Below, piece by piece: positions 1 to 13,600 of a stretch of DNA of 64,000 nucleotides (position 1 is the stretch's first letter; every line of letters starts with the position of its first letter). Source of the stretch: Ginglymostoma cirratum (lineage: Eukaryota). The stretch lies in assembly GCA_024137785.1 (NCBI GenBank), contig JAHRHZ010000085.1, forward strand, positions 2,108,279 to 2,172,278. Reading direction: 5' to 3'. A program made the translations under genes and the position numbers. Under the pieces are notes generated by a model that saw only the letters and a list, made by a program, of their open reading frames with translations, ran no database searches and had not been told where the DNA came from.

Positions 1-799
1 ACCACAGAAGGGTAAGGCACCTATGATTTATCATGAAAGAGTACAACAATCTCTTTTCTTTGTTTAAATTTAGTAATAATACTGCACAGCCTGAGAACCA
101 ATAACTTCTGGAATAATCACCACAGATAAACTTAACTTATCATTAACTGGGAAGTGAATTAAAGTGATAAGTACAAACCATGAGATTGGAACTCTGCTGT
201 TATTAAATCACCTTGTGACTCCAATAAGATACAATATATATAAACATAAAGTACTTTACCTTTATCCGAACTCTTCTCCAAATTCTCGAGATCATCATCC
301 TGATGTAACAACAAACAGCCTGTATGAGTAGAACTACATATATTCACAAAAAACATCCTCTTCCTCCATCATTGTTGCTGCAATGCACACCAGAGACACT
401 GGATAATTGTCCTTTCAGAGCATTTTCCAAACCTGTAATCTCTATCAGCAAGGAAAAAATGTATTCAAGGCTTAATGTAGAACTAAAGGCAGCAAAGCCC
501 CCTTCAGTAGACTGTCCTTTGCAATCTTTCTGTGGATCTGCCAAAATCAGATGGACTGCAAAACTTAACAAGATGACTCACTGCCACAAAGGAAACAACA
601 CTGATGGGAGACCTCTTATTAGTAGTCAGAACATGGGGAAGAACAAAAAAAATCAGGAGATAGGAAAGGCATGGAAGGTCCTGTTACATAATCAGAGGGA
701 CTTCAACATATGGTGGACTGGGAAAATCAGATTGGTAGCAGATCCCAAGAAAATGAATTTGTGGAATATCTATCAGATGTTTTTGGGAGCATCTTATGA

Positions 800-3467
800 T
801 AAGGCCTAATAGTGAACAAGCAATTCTAGATTTGGTGATGTGTAATGTGGCAGACTTAATTAGGGAGCTGAATGTGAAGGAACCCCTTATGGGGAGAAAC
901 CAAAATATGGTTCGTGTGTGGAATGAAGTATCAGAAAATGTTGTGGATGCAGGTACAGTCACGACATCGTAAAAACATTTGGATAAGTTCACGAATAGCA
1001 AAGGTTTGGAGTCATATGGGCCAAGTGCAAGCAGGTGGGACTAGAATTCACACTGCAACATGAGAGGGGGAAGCTGGAATTGAGTAAAAGTAACTATAAA
1101 GACATGAGGAGGAGATGGCCAGAGTTGATTGGAAGGGGAACCTACCAGAAAGGATGGCAGAGCAGTAATGGCAGGAGATTCTGGAGGTAATTCGGGAGGC
1201 ACAGCAGAAATTCATCCCAAGGAAGAAGAAGCATACTAAAAGGAAGACGAGGCAACCAAAGCTAACAAGGAAAATCAGGGACTACATAAAAACAAAAGAA
1301 TAATCATACAATGTGGTAAAGGTTAGTGGGAAAGCAGAGCATTGGGAAGCCTTTATAAACCAGCAGAGAATAATTAAAATGGCAATAAGGGGGGAGAAGA
1401 TGAAATATTATAATAAGCTAGCTAGTAATATAAAAGAAGACTGCAAGAGGTTTTTATAGATATGTAAAAAGTTAGAGAGAGACAATAGTGGACATTGGAC
1501 TGCTGGAAAATGAAGCTGGAACAGTTGGAACTGCTATGGTATTTTGCATCAGTCTTCAAGGTGGAACACACCAGCAGCATACCAGAACTTCAAGAGAGTA
1601 AGGGCAGAGGTGAGTGCAATGGTTATGATTCAGGAGAAGGTGCTGGGAATGTTGAAAGATTTGAAAATGGACAAATCACCCAAACTAGATTGACTACACC
1701 CTAATGTTCTGAAGGAGATAGCGCAGGAGATTTTGGAGGCATTAGTGGTGATCTTTCAGAAATAACTGAAGTCAGGGAGAGTCTCAGAGGACTGGAAAAT
1801 AGCTAATGTAACAACCCTATTTAAGAAGACAGAGGGGCAGAAGACAGGAAACTATACACCAGTTAGCCTGACCTCAGGCTTTTGTAAGATTTTAGAGTCC
1901 ATTCTTAAGGGTGAAATTGCAGAGTCGAGTCATGGACTCATTCAGTATGGAAACAGATCCTTTGGCTCAACCAGTCCATGCCAACTATATTACCAAACTA
2001 GTCCCACCTCTCTGCACTTGTCCCATATGACTCCAAACCTTTGCCAATCATGAACTTATCCAAATGTTTTTACAATGTTGTGACTGTACCTGCATCCACA
2101 ACTTTCTCTGGCACTTCATTCCCCACATGAACCACTCTGTGTTAAACATTTGTCCCTCATGTCCTTTTTAAAGCTTTCTCCTCTCACCTTAAAAATGTGC
2201 CCCCCCCCCAAGTTTTGAATTCCCCCACCCTAGGAAAAGACGCTTGTCATTCATCTTATCTGTGCCCCTCATAATTTTACAAACCGCAATAAGGTCACTT
2301 CTCAACCTCCTACACTCTAGTGAGGAAAGTCCAAGCCTTTCCAGTCTACTTTTATATCTCAAACCTTCCATTCCCAGCAACATCGTGATCAGTTTTTTTT
2401 CCTGAATCCACTCCACTTTAATAATATCCTTCCTTTAACAGTGCAACTAGAACTGCAGACTCCAAAAGAAGCCTTAAAAAACGTCCTATGCAACATCAAC
2501 GTGACGTCTCAACCCCAATACTCAAAGGTCTGAGCAACGATGGCAAGACTGTTAAATGCCTTCTTAACCACCCTGTCTACTTGTGATACAAATTTAAAAG
2601 AATTATGTACCTGAACCCCTAGGTCTCTCTGTGCTACAACACTACCCAGGGCCCTACAATTAATCACACATTTCCTATCGTTGTTTGTATTATCAAAATG
2701 CAATACCTCATTATTATCTAAATTAGACTCATTCTACCACTCCACAGCCCATTGACCCAAATGAACAAGAGCTCTTTGTAATCTCAGAGTGCTTGGAAAT
2801 GTAAAATAGGCCTGATCAGCACAGGGGAGGTCATGTCTGACAAATCTGTTAGAATTTTTTCATCAGTTAATGAGAAAGTTAGACAAAGAAGAACCAGTGG
2901 ACATGATTAACTTGGATTTCAGGAAGACCTTTGACAAGGTGCTGTACAGAAGGCCGCTAAATACAATAAGAGCCCATGGGCTTAGGGGCAAGGTACTGGC
3001 ATGGATGAAGGATTGGCTGACTGGCAGGAGGCAGAAAGAGAAAGGATAAAATGATCTTTTTTCAAGAGAATGACCAGTGACTAGTTGAGTTCCATTAAAG
3101 CCAGCGTTTGGACCACATCCATTCATGTTCTATAATAATGACCTGGATGAAGGAACTGAGGGCATTGCTGCTAAGTTTGCAGAAGGGTAGTGTTCAGAAA
3201 GTTGGAAGGCTGCAGAAGGACTTGGACAGACCATAAGAGCAGGCAAAGGAATTGCAGTTGGAATACAATGTGGGAAACTGTGAGATTACGTGCTTTGTCA
3301 GGAAGAATGGAGTTAAGGACTATTTTCTAAATGGGGGAAGGTTTCAGAATTCTGAAGCATAAAGGGACTGAGGATCCCTCATTCAGGATTCTATTAAGAG
3401 TCCTATGCAGGTTCAGCTGGCAGTTAGGAAGGCAAATGCAATGCTAGCATTCATTTCAAGAGGATTA
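800..3467 (+). mobile_element. Degenerate CR1 LINE ORF2 fragment, interrupted by nested CR1 3' pieces
   Basis: Decayed endonuclease-RT sequence (AILDLV, DWKIANVT, YxPVSLTS, DFRKTFDKV, KFA) with many stops; boundaries approximate. Confidence 0.8.
1926..2790 (-). mobile_element. CR1 LINE 3' fragment inserted in the opposite orientation
   Basis: ORF-track peptides QRDLGVQVH...VDRVVKKAF and YKSRLERLGLSSLECRRLRSDLI are CR1 ORF2 C-terminal motifs. Confidence 0.85.
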
Positions 3468-4790
3468 GAAGGGTCTAGGCCTGAAACGCCAGCCTTCCTG
3501 CTGGAATACACCTCCTCCCACCCACCCTCCTGCAAAAATGCCATCCCCTATTCCCAATTCCTTCGCCTCCGCCGCATCTGCTCCCAGGATGAGACATTCC
3601 AATCCCGCACATCTCAAATGTCCTCATTCTTCAAGGACTGCAACTTCCCCCCCACAGTGGTCGAGAACGCCCTCGACCGTGTCTCCCGCATTTCCCAGAA
3701 CACATCCCTCACGCTCCACCCCCGCAACAATAATCAAAAAAGAATCCCCCTCGTCCTCACATACCACCCCACCAACCTCCGGATCCAATGCATCATCCTC
3801 CGACACTTCCGCCATCTACAGTCAGACCCCACCACCAAAGACATCTTTCCCTCCCCACCCTTATCTGCCTTCCGGAGGGACACTCCCTCCGCGACTCCCT
3901 TGTCCGCGCCACACTCCCCTCCAGCCCCACCACACCCAGCACTTCCTGCGGTTACAAGGAAAAGTGCCGGGTCTGCCCCCACACCTCCTCCCTCACCCCA
4001 ATCCCAGGCCCCAAGAAGACATTCCACATCAGGCAGAGGTTCACCTGCACATCTGCCAATGTGGTATACTGCATCCGCTGTACCCGTTGTGGCTTCCTCT
4101 ACATCGGGGAAACCAAGCGGAGGCTTGGGGACCGCTTTGCAGAACACCTGCGCTCAGTTCGCAACAAACAACTGCACCTCCCAGTCGCGAACCATTTCAA
4201 CTCCCCCTCCCATTCCTCAGATGACATGTCCATCCGGCGCCTCCTACAATGCCACAGTGATGCCACCCGAAGGCTGCAGGAACAGCAAATCATATTCAGC
4301 CTGGGAACCCTGCAGCCCAATGGCATCAATGTGGATTTCACAAGCTTCAAAATCTCCCCTCCCCCAACCGCATCCCAAAACCAGCCCAGCTCATCTCCAC
4401 CTCCCTAACCTGTTTTTCCTCTACCTCAAGCCACACCCCCATCTCCTATCTACTAACATCATCCCGCCCCCTTGACATGTCCGTCCTCCCTGGACTGACC
4501 TATCTCCTCCCTACCCCCCTACCTACACACACCTTTACTGGCTCCATCCCCACCTCTTCGACTTGTCTGCCTCCTCTCCACCTATCCTCTCTTCTATCCA
4601 TCCTGTATCCGCCTCCCCCTCTCTCCCTATTTATTTCAGAACCCTCTTCCCCTCCCCCATTTCTGATGAAGGGTCTAGGCCCGAAACGTCAAGGTTTCCT
4701 GCTCCTATGATGCTGCTTGACCTGCTGTGTTCATCCAGCCCCATGCTTGTTATCTCGGATTCTCCAGCATCTGCAGTACCTTTTATCTCC
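3468..4790 (+). mobile_element. 5'-truncated Penelope-like retroelement (RT C-terminus + GIY-YIG endonuclease + terminal repeat)
   Basis: SSHPPSCKNAIPYSQFLRLRRICS, then one frameshift near 3880, then CRVCPH...NVVYCIRCTRCGFLYIGETKRRLGDRFAEH. A partial copy of the terminal repeat sits at the 5' end (3468-3500). Confidence 0.9.
4663..4690 (+). ncRNA. Minimal hammerhead ribozyme motif in the Penelope terminal repeat
   Basis: CTGATGA-A-GGGT(CTAG)GCCC-GAAAC-GTC: conserved core boxes, a stem II hairpin, palindromic ACGT as minimal stem III, and a GUC cleavage triplet. Confidence 0.7.
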
Positions 4791-5174
4791 TATACCCGAT
4801 ATAATGCGGTTTGCAAATTTACATTTTCAAATTCCCCCTGTTTTGATGCATCAGCATGTTATTTTGTCATTTTGTTGCTTCCGATAGCCCAAGGCAAGAA
4901 TATTTTAATTTCCACTTCAATATGTTCACATTATCTTATTAACCTATTAGTGTCAACTTACCAGCAGGAGGAGTCACTCTCTCAGGCACTATGTTTGTCG
5001 TGACCTTGTTCTGCTTAAACACGTTTGGATGGGACAGTCTCATTCGGTGGGAAATCAATTGAGAAAATGTGAAACCATCACTTCGATATGTTCTCTCCAG
5101 ACTTGCCTGCAAATGCTACGCATTTAAGTGCAATACTCATGGAGTGATTTGTAAATGACATTTCGGTATCCTGG

Positions 5175-5360
5175 GATAACAGGGTGGAGAGCTGGATGAA
5201 CACAGCAGGCCAGGCAGTATCAGAGGATCAGGAATGTTGACGTTTCGGGTCATGACCCGAAACGTCAACTTTCCGGCTCTTCGGATGCCTGGCCTCCTGT
5301 GTTCCTCCAGTTCCACACTCTGTTATCGCTTACTGCAACATGTGCAGTTCTTGCCATCTC
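5175..5360. mobile_element. Palindromic Penelope terminal-repeat derivative
   Basis: Perfect 34-bp palindrome GTTGACGTTTCGGGTCATGACCCGAAACGTCAAC (5236-5269) inside an imperfect ~150-bp inverted repeat. Confidence 0.8.
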
Positions 5361-6129
5361 AGTTGGGGTTCCTGCCCGTTACTCGACCTCTGGATTTATA
5401 TATACCTCAATGAGGATTCCCAACATTCTGCGGGGTAAGGCAACACCCAGGAATCGCTATTAACTCGCAATAATTTGTTTCTCCATTTGATTTGACGCCA
5501 GTTGGGCCAGAAATCCCACTGTTTACTGATCGTGGGTTAAATGTTATTTTTGACTGCCTCTTCGCCCTTTTAAATTTAACGGAATAGTGACTTTTCTTTG
5601 CTGTGACTTTGGAAGGTCAGTCTGGAGACCACTGTAAGGAGTTCCACGAGATTTATAGTCTGTACTTTTGTTAAAGGTTATAAATGTTCACTTAACACGT
5701 GAGCAGTTGCAGATACCACATGGGTCATTGCTGTTACAAAATATAGAGGAATTTTCCAAAGAACAGGAATCGGACACAACAGGTTTCAGTGGTCATCCAT
5801 TATAAACTTCGCTATTTTAATCTGAAATGCGAATAAAATCTGATAAAAGTCTTGGGTACAATTTAATACGGAAAGTAAGCCACTTTTACATCAAGCCTTG
5901 ATTTCCGTTTTAAACAAGTCGCCGAATTACTTCGATTTTGGTGCTTCTGGGTGGTAAACATCTCAGTAGCACTGCGGTTTATAAGATTTCTAGAAATCAT
6001 ACTTTCTTACGTTGGTATTAGCTCAGGATGTCACACGTTAAACTTTTGTGCTGACGGAACGGGAGATCCCATAAACTGCATTCAAATTCCCGGCTGAATA
6101 TCTATCATGGAGCACAAGGTGCCATCTTT

Positions 6130-7150
6130 AAAGGAAATAATAGCACAGTTAGAAAATCCTAATAGAATTAAGCAAGGTCACGCGGTTTTTTTTCAAAAGG
6201 ATAATAGTATTTTACACAGAATTTAGAATTATTTGAGGCCTGGCGTATTAGAGCCAAAGATACAGCGAAAAACTGATCGAAAAACATCCTGCTATCTCTT
6301 AAACGGGAATGGACAGGTTAAGTGAAAATGAAGAAATTAAGCAGATGAGTGTATCATCTGAGGAACGATGATGTGGTCAATTTTGGTGGGAATAAGAGAA
6401 ATTAGAAAGTGATTTAATTAGTTAGAGGCTACAACATTCTGTGAGCACAGGGATCTCCGTGTCTTTATCAGAAAACAAGAGTTAGTGCTCAGAAACAGCA
6501 AGCATTTGGTGGCAGAATGAGCATTTATAAATTGGGAGATTTGGTGCAAATGGAGAGGAGGGACATTGATGAGTTCGGACCCGGAGACAACGACAAGTTT
6601 GATCCCCTTAACAAGTGACATACTTCCATTAGAAATATTGTACAGGAGGTTGTCTAGGTTGATACTTGGAACAAGCGTGTTGTCTACTAGGAAAGCTTCT
6701 TACTGTGTGCATGGGAAATTAGAAGATTGAGAGGACTTCTTGTTGAACCATTTAGGTTCCCGAGGTTTTGAGTGGTTGCGTAGCGAATGACTAAATGTAT
6801 GCTAAGTACGGGCTTGCTCTTTTGAGACAGCCTCCAAGTAGAGAGTGAGTGGGGAGGGAATGTTTAAAATAGAGGAAAAATATTTAACACGGAGATTAGG
6901 AAGATTTTTTTCTTGGAAAAGGTGTCTTTCAGAATTCTCTACCTAAGAGAACAGTGAAAATCTGGTTTTTGAATATATTGAAAGCAGAATTACATACAGT
7001 TTTGATTTACAAGTCGATCAAAGGTTATGGCGGAGTGTATTAAGAGAAGGTGGGAATCAGTCCAAAATCAGATTCATACATTTGTTAAGTGGCGGAGCAG
7101 GCTCGCGTGTTCAACTTGTCTACTCCTAATCCCATTTCCTATGACATTAT
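6130..7150 (+). mobile_element. Highly decayed CR1 LINE 3' fragment
   Basis: Nucleotide similarity to the CR1 RT/3' ends at 19091-20750 and 46845-48670; boundaries approximate. Confidence 0.6.
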
Positions 7151-7562
7151 GTTGTTAATGTCCAACCTATAACAATCTACTGTCAGTAAATGCATCACAG
7201 TTTCCGCTGATGCAAATCAGAATAAAGTTAAACTGAAATCGAGTACAGATAACAAGAAAACATCACACGTTCACAATAAAAGACAACCCATTTAAAACTT
7301 GCTTATTTTACATCACGTGCAGGAACAGGGACAGAGGTAACGATTCAGCTCGATGCTGTATTTCCAGCACCCTAAAAGTTTCAGCATTCGCAGTACTTCA
7401 CGGTTTGTCTTTCGACTTGCCATCACTTTATTTGCACTTCACCAGTTCTTTCATGATAGGACACATGCAAACCAGTACAATCTCACGCCATCTGTGGCCG
7501 CTCTGTATAAATTCACCGCAGCATTCGTCTATTGGCAAGAATTGATTCTTCCTTCACCCAAT

Positions 7563-7608
7563 ATGATCATGCTGCAGCGCATGTTGGTCCTCGAAATGAT
7601 CTCGACAG
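7563..7608 (+). CDS. Exon 1, leader peptide MIMLQRMLVLEMIST(A)
   Basis: ATG at 7563 and donor ACAG|GTATTT at 7608/7609 (phase 1), followed by a 151-bp intron to the V exon, as in Ig/TCR leader-V organisation. The start could instead be a downstream in-frame ATG. Confidence 0.75.
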
Positions 7609-10600
7609 GTATTTTCTGGGAAAAAAAATCAATTTTTAAAATCGTCTTAATATTTATTCATGTTAGACTGTATCACTTTACCTTTTAGGAGTTTTCAAGT
7701 CAGATCTCAATGTTGAATTAATGGAATGCATTATTTTTCTCTCTCTTTTTCTTTGAAAGCTTTTTGCTATTCCCATATCCAGGTGTCACAGAAGCCTCAA
7801 CGCATTATTCGGAATTTCAGTGAAAATGTAACCATCACTTGTGCTTTCAGTATTCCGTCTGATGATTCAGACGTGGGTGTCTTCTGGTGGAAACTTGGCG
7901 ATAATGCATTTCTGCATCCTATCTCCGACGCTAGGAAACGGTATTTTAAGAGAAAGGGCCAGGGCACCTTAATGCTCATTGACATCCGTCTTAATGATGC
8001 TGGAGTTTATTTCTGCGGAGTTAATCAAAACAGTGCAACGATTAGCAACGGGACTGGAACGACACTTGTTGTCTACAGTAAGTGTCATTGTAGGTGAAGG
8101 AATTGTTAGAAATCTCGATACATTGTTTAACCGCTTAATAGTATTGAATGACATTGTAGAATGCTGTTGAAAACAAAAAAATAATGCTGGAAATCACACC
8201 GGGTCAGGCAGCATCCATGAAGAGAGAGCAAACTAAGGTTTCAAGTCGAGATGACGCTTCATCAGGGCATTCATTGCAGTATGTTGTCATGTTTGCATCA
8301 TTGCAATGCCAAACAGGGCAGGAAGATTAGTAAAATCTCGAAAAAAAATCATTCAACAGGAATTATGTATATCCGATCGAGTTAACGTGATTAGAACATA
8401 GAACATAGAACATTACAGCGCAGTACAGGCCCTTCGGCCCTCGATGTTCCGCCGACCTGTGAAACCAATCTGAAGCCCATCTAACCTACACTATTACATT
8501 ATCATCCATATGTTTATCCAACGACCATTTAAATGCCCTTAAAGTTGGCGAGTCTAATACTGCTGCAGGCAAGGCATTCCATGCCCTTACTACTCTGAGT
8601 AAAGAATCTACCTCTGACATCTGTCCTATATCTATCACCCCTCAATTTAAAGCTATGTCCCCTCGTGCTAGCCATCACCATCCGAGGAAAAAGGCTCTCA
8701 CAGTCCACCCTATCTAACCCTCTGATCATCTTGTATATCTCTATTAAGTCACCTCTTAACCTTCTTCTCTCTAACGAAAGCAGCCTCAAGTCCCTCAGCC
8801 TTTCCTCATAAGACCTTCCCTCCATACCAGGCAACATCCTGGTAAATCTCCTTTGCACCCTTTCCAATGCTTCCACATCCTTCTTATAATGCGGTGACCA
8901 GAACTGTAAGCAATACTCCAAGTGCGGCCGCACCCGAGTTTTGTACAGCTGCAACATGAGCTTAACGCGAAATGATTGCGAAATTGTCGTGTTTCGTCGA
9001 TATTGTCAATGCAAAATGCTGAAAGCCTGAAATCTTGAGAATGGAGTGTATGGAAACAATGTATAGAAACAATGATTTTCTGAAGAAGGGTCTCGACCCG
9101 AAACGTCACCTTTCCGGCTCCTCTGATGCTGCTTGGCCTGCTGTGTTCATCCAGCTCTACACCTTGTTATCTTGGAAACAATGTTTTTTTTAATCTAACA
9201 GAACCATTATTGTGGGACGTGCTCCATTCTATTACAGATCCTAATGAATCAAATCATCCAATTCTTTAACATTGACCTCATAACAAAATGAGCTGAAATG
9301 ATTTAACCACGTTAGAGTGAAGTCGATTAGGCTGCCAGCAAATTTATATATTGTTTTACTGGTGGAAATTCGAGGAAGAGACCTGTTCCAGCGTGCTCTG
9401 AATGATCGCCGATTATACAGTGAATATATTCCCAAAAGAATATAATTTCCTGTTCATAATGTTATCTTCAGCTGAGCTGGTGATGCATTTTTCTCCCAAT
9501 GATTAAGCGGGAAGTTCATGAGTATTAGTTGATAAGGCCAAGCAGCCAAACATCTTAGGGCACTGGAATAAAACGACACAAACGGGCATTCATGGTTGTT
9601 TCTTCTCGTGTTTAGACCAAATTGTAAGCAAATATTTTATCAACAAGCACGGAATTTCCCAGAACAATTTATATCCACGATTCATACGGCATTCCGTTAT
9701 TCTAGAAATTGATGGAGTTGTCAGGTTATTTTGGCATTTGCAGTTAGACTTGTGCATCTGAGGTCAGATACCACCTAATGTTTGCTTTTGTCTAGTGAAT
9801 TAATCCCATACATTGAAAGAATAGATACCCACAATGCAGAAAGAGGTGATTTGCCCGATCGAGTCTGCACCGACCCTCCGAAGTTCATCTTACCCAGACC
9901 CACTTTATCCCTGTGATTCCTGTAGTGTACTAAGAGCTCGATATAGCTTCACGTTGATCAAGCGTATTTGCATGACTGTTCCACTTAAGCAGCACATCCC
10001 TGTGTGCTACGGGGAAATCTAGTATGGCTAATCCGCCTAACCTGCACACTGTGGGAGGAAATCGGGGCACCAGAAGGTAACCCACGCAGACATGGAGAGA
10101 ATGTGCAAGCTCCACACAGACAGTGGCCAGAGGCTAGAATCGAACTCGCGTCCCCGGCACTGTGAACCAGCGATACTAACCACCAGCCGCCCCAATTAAA
10201 TAGCACTACAATGAATTGCGCAAAATTTTTGCGCTAATCAAATAAATGGCTCAACACAGAGTCACTCTTGTGTAACTCTTATTTTCCAAATTAATAAAAC
10301 AATACTCAGCATTATTCATTGGTTATGAGATATAATGATGTTCTAAATCGACAGCGCTGAACGATGTTATCTTAATCCCTTTACAGATCCACCATCTACC
10401 CCCACGATACTTTCTAAAACACCTGATGGAAATTCAGACATCTATTTACATCTCGTATGTGAAACAGTTGACTTTTACCCAGCGGCGATTACATTCAACT
10501 GGTACAAAAATACAAGCAAGATTGTCACCGGGATAAAGACAACACAGTACTTGACCGATGCGGGGCTATATCGAGCTTTCAGTACTCTACAGGAATCACA

Positions 10601-13600
10601 GCCAATCCAGAAAGGCACCTCTTATATTTGTTTGGTTTCTCACAGCGCCACCCAAAGTTCGAAATTGTCTGTTCATTTGGTGTCAAGTTCTACCTCAGGT
10701 AGGGAGCCAACGAATGAATTTGTATATAATTAACAACGCTATTACTGAAACTGCACAGAAATAAAACGATAGCTCAAAACTTTTATTGACATAGAAATTG
10801 AATGCTAAATATTGAGACAAGAAAAACTGGAGATGCTAGAATCCAAAGTAGACAAACAAGAGGCTGGAAGAACACAGCAAGCCAGGCAGCATCTGGAGGA
10901 AGATGGAAGCCAACGTTTCGGATATTACTCTTCTTGAAGAAGGGTAGTACCTGAAAGTTGACTAACTATTGAGGTTCTGAACCTGCACATGCAAACTGAG
11001 TATATAGAAACATAGAACAGTACAACACAAGAACAGGCCATTCAGATGACCACGTCTGTGCAGGTAATGATGTACCTCACCTAGGGCTGAAGATGATGCA
11101 AAGATCTCTGTCAAGCCCAACAATCTCCCCCCTCGCCTTCCTCAGTATCCTGGAATAGATCCCATCAGGCGCTGGGAACTTATCTACCTTAATGTTTTTC
11201 AAGGCATCGAACACCTCCTTCTTTTAATATTGACATGCCATAGGATATCAACACACCTCTCTCTAATCTTACCATTTTCCATGTCCTTCTCCTTGATGAA
11301 TACCAATGCAGAGTACTCATTAAAGACCTTACCCACTTTCTCTGGCTCCACGCATAAATTCCTTCCTTTATCCTGCTGTGCACCTATCCTTTCCCTGGCT
11401 ACCCTATTTGCTCTAAAATGGATATAAAATGCCTTGGAATTTTCTTGTCAAGGCCATTTCAAGATCCCCTCTGGCCCTCCTAATTTCTTGTTTTAATACT
11501 TTCCTGCTTCCATAATATTCCTTAAGGGCCTTTTCTGATTTCAGGGTCCAACACCTTACATATGTTTTCTTTTTCTTTTCGACTAGACTTTCATTATCTC
11601 TGGTCATCCAGGATTCCCAAACTTTGCCATCCTATCTTTCTCCCTGATAGGATCTTGCTGGTCCTGAATTCTGATCAACTGACCTTTAAATGGCTCCCAT
11701 ATGTCAGAAATGGATTTACCTTCAAACAGCAGCCTCCAATCTAATTTCTCAACTTCCTGCCCAATACTATTGCAATTAGCCTCCTCCAATTTAGCACTTT
11801 CACCTGAGGACCAGCTTTATCCTTATCCATAAAAATCTTAAAATTCATGGAATCATGATCACTGTTCCCAAGTTGCTCCCCACTGAAACTATAAACAAGC
11901 TGGCTTGGCTCTTGCCAATACAAGCTCCCTTACCTAGTTGGACTAGCGATATATTGTTTCATGAAGTCCCTCGCAGATTCACATAAAAATTTCTGCCCAA
12001 TCTAAGTCCTTGGCAGTAAGGGAGTCCCAGCCAATATTAGGGAAGTCAAAATCAACCACAACAATTATGCTGTCATTCTAACATCCTTCCATGATTTGCT
12101 TACATATATGTTCATCTATCTCTTGTTGACTGTTGGGAAGCCTATAGTGTGACCCCATCATACTGATTGCAACTTTTTTATTCCTGAGTTCTGTACATAT
12201 GGACTGTCTGGATGAGCCCTCAAATACACCCCCTCTTAGTGTGACATTCTATCTTACCTTAAACATCTAGACCCTGGAACAGTGAGTTGCTAATACTGCC
12301 CTTCTCTCAGCCAAGTTTCTGTAGTGGCTGTAATGGCTATGATATGTAGTCCCATGCAATAATTCAGGCTCTAAGATCATCAACCTTACCTGTTATGCAC
12401 TTAATCCTGCAAGTTTTGCTGACCAACCTGGTCCTGCCTGTTCTTCCTATTAGACTTACTTGACTTAACTTCGACCTTCTTCTCAATCACTCAATTTGCT
12501 GGCCTACTGTTCTACTTTCCACACCTTGCCTCACCAGTTCTCGAGTGGTATTAGCAAACCAAACAAAGATATTGGTGCCCCTCTAATTTGGGTGCAAGTC
12601 ATCATTCTTGTACAGGTCCCTCCTTCCCCGGAAGAGATCCCAATGATCCAGACATCTGAAGACATCCCTCTGACACCAGATCTTTAGCCATGCATTCAAC
12701 TGTGTTATCTTCCTATTTATGGCCTCGCCAGTCAGTGGCACAGGGAGTCATCCTGAGCTTACAGTCTGAGAGGTCCTGCATCTCACTTTCCTACCTGAAT
12801 CCCAAAATTCCCTTTGTAGGACCTCACCCCTCTTGCTGCCTATGGCATGCATTCCAGTATGGACAATGATTTCTGGCTGCTCACCCTCCTCTTTCAAAAT
12901 ATCCTGCACACACTGAGAGATATCCTTGACCCTGGCCTGGGAAGGCAACATGCCAACCTGGAGTCTTGCTTGCAGCCACAGAAATATCTCTGTGTTCCTG
13001 ACTACACATTACCATCATTACTATTTGCTGAAACTTTGATCTTCCCTGCGGTTCATGAGATTCAATCGTGGTGCCACTGATCTGGCTGCTGCTATTACTT
13101 TCCCTGAGAGGTCATATCCCAACTTCTAACAATATCAAAAATGTTATACTTGTTTGAGTGGGGACTAGCCACAGGGTACTCTTTCATTGCCTGCCTGCCT
13201 GCCCGCCCTTCTGCACTCATCTGGCTAAATATTTGGTGTGACCACATCCCTGAAATGCCAGTCTATATAAAAGCAGGACATTGCTGCCTGTGGCAATCTG
13301 TGCCTTTGGACACTGTATGATAACCATGTTTGTACACTTTGCAGGTCGTGACCGTAATCATTGACGGGTATTCAATAGGAATTTAAGGCAAAGAGACTTT
13401 ACTCATAAACCAAATTCGTGTGTGAACTCGTCGGCACAGGAAGTGTCTCAGTGAAATAGAGAAGTGTTTAAAACCAAAAGAAACATTTAAAAGATATGTC
13501 CTGATAAGTTGAGATATGATACTTTAAATGGAGCATGTAGCACATTCATCAGCAAGAGCAGATAGGCTAATTCCACTACAGTGAAATGAATTGAAAGAAA

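Noticed and set aside
324-809. 161-aa ORF at the window start
   Set aside because: No recognisable domain; its 3' part runs into decayed CR1 endonuclease sequence.
3405-4475. 356-aa ORF as a host gene
   Set aside because: Chimera of a CR1 fragment, a Penelope terminal repeat and a frameshifted Penelope ORF.
8029-8035. AACAGTG, a 6/7 match to the RSS heptamer, in the CDR3-equivalent of the V exon
   Set aside because: The invariant first C of CAC is absent and there is no nonamer at 12- or 23-bp spacing, so there is no evidence for rearrangement or a RAG footprint.
9815-10195. tRNA genes suggested by A/B-box motifs
   Set aside because: These are SINE heads followed by SINE core and tail sequence, with no complete cloverleaf.
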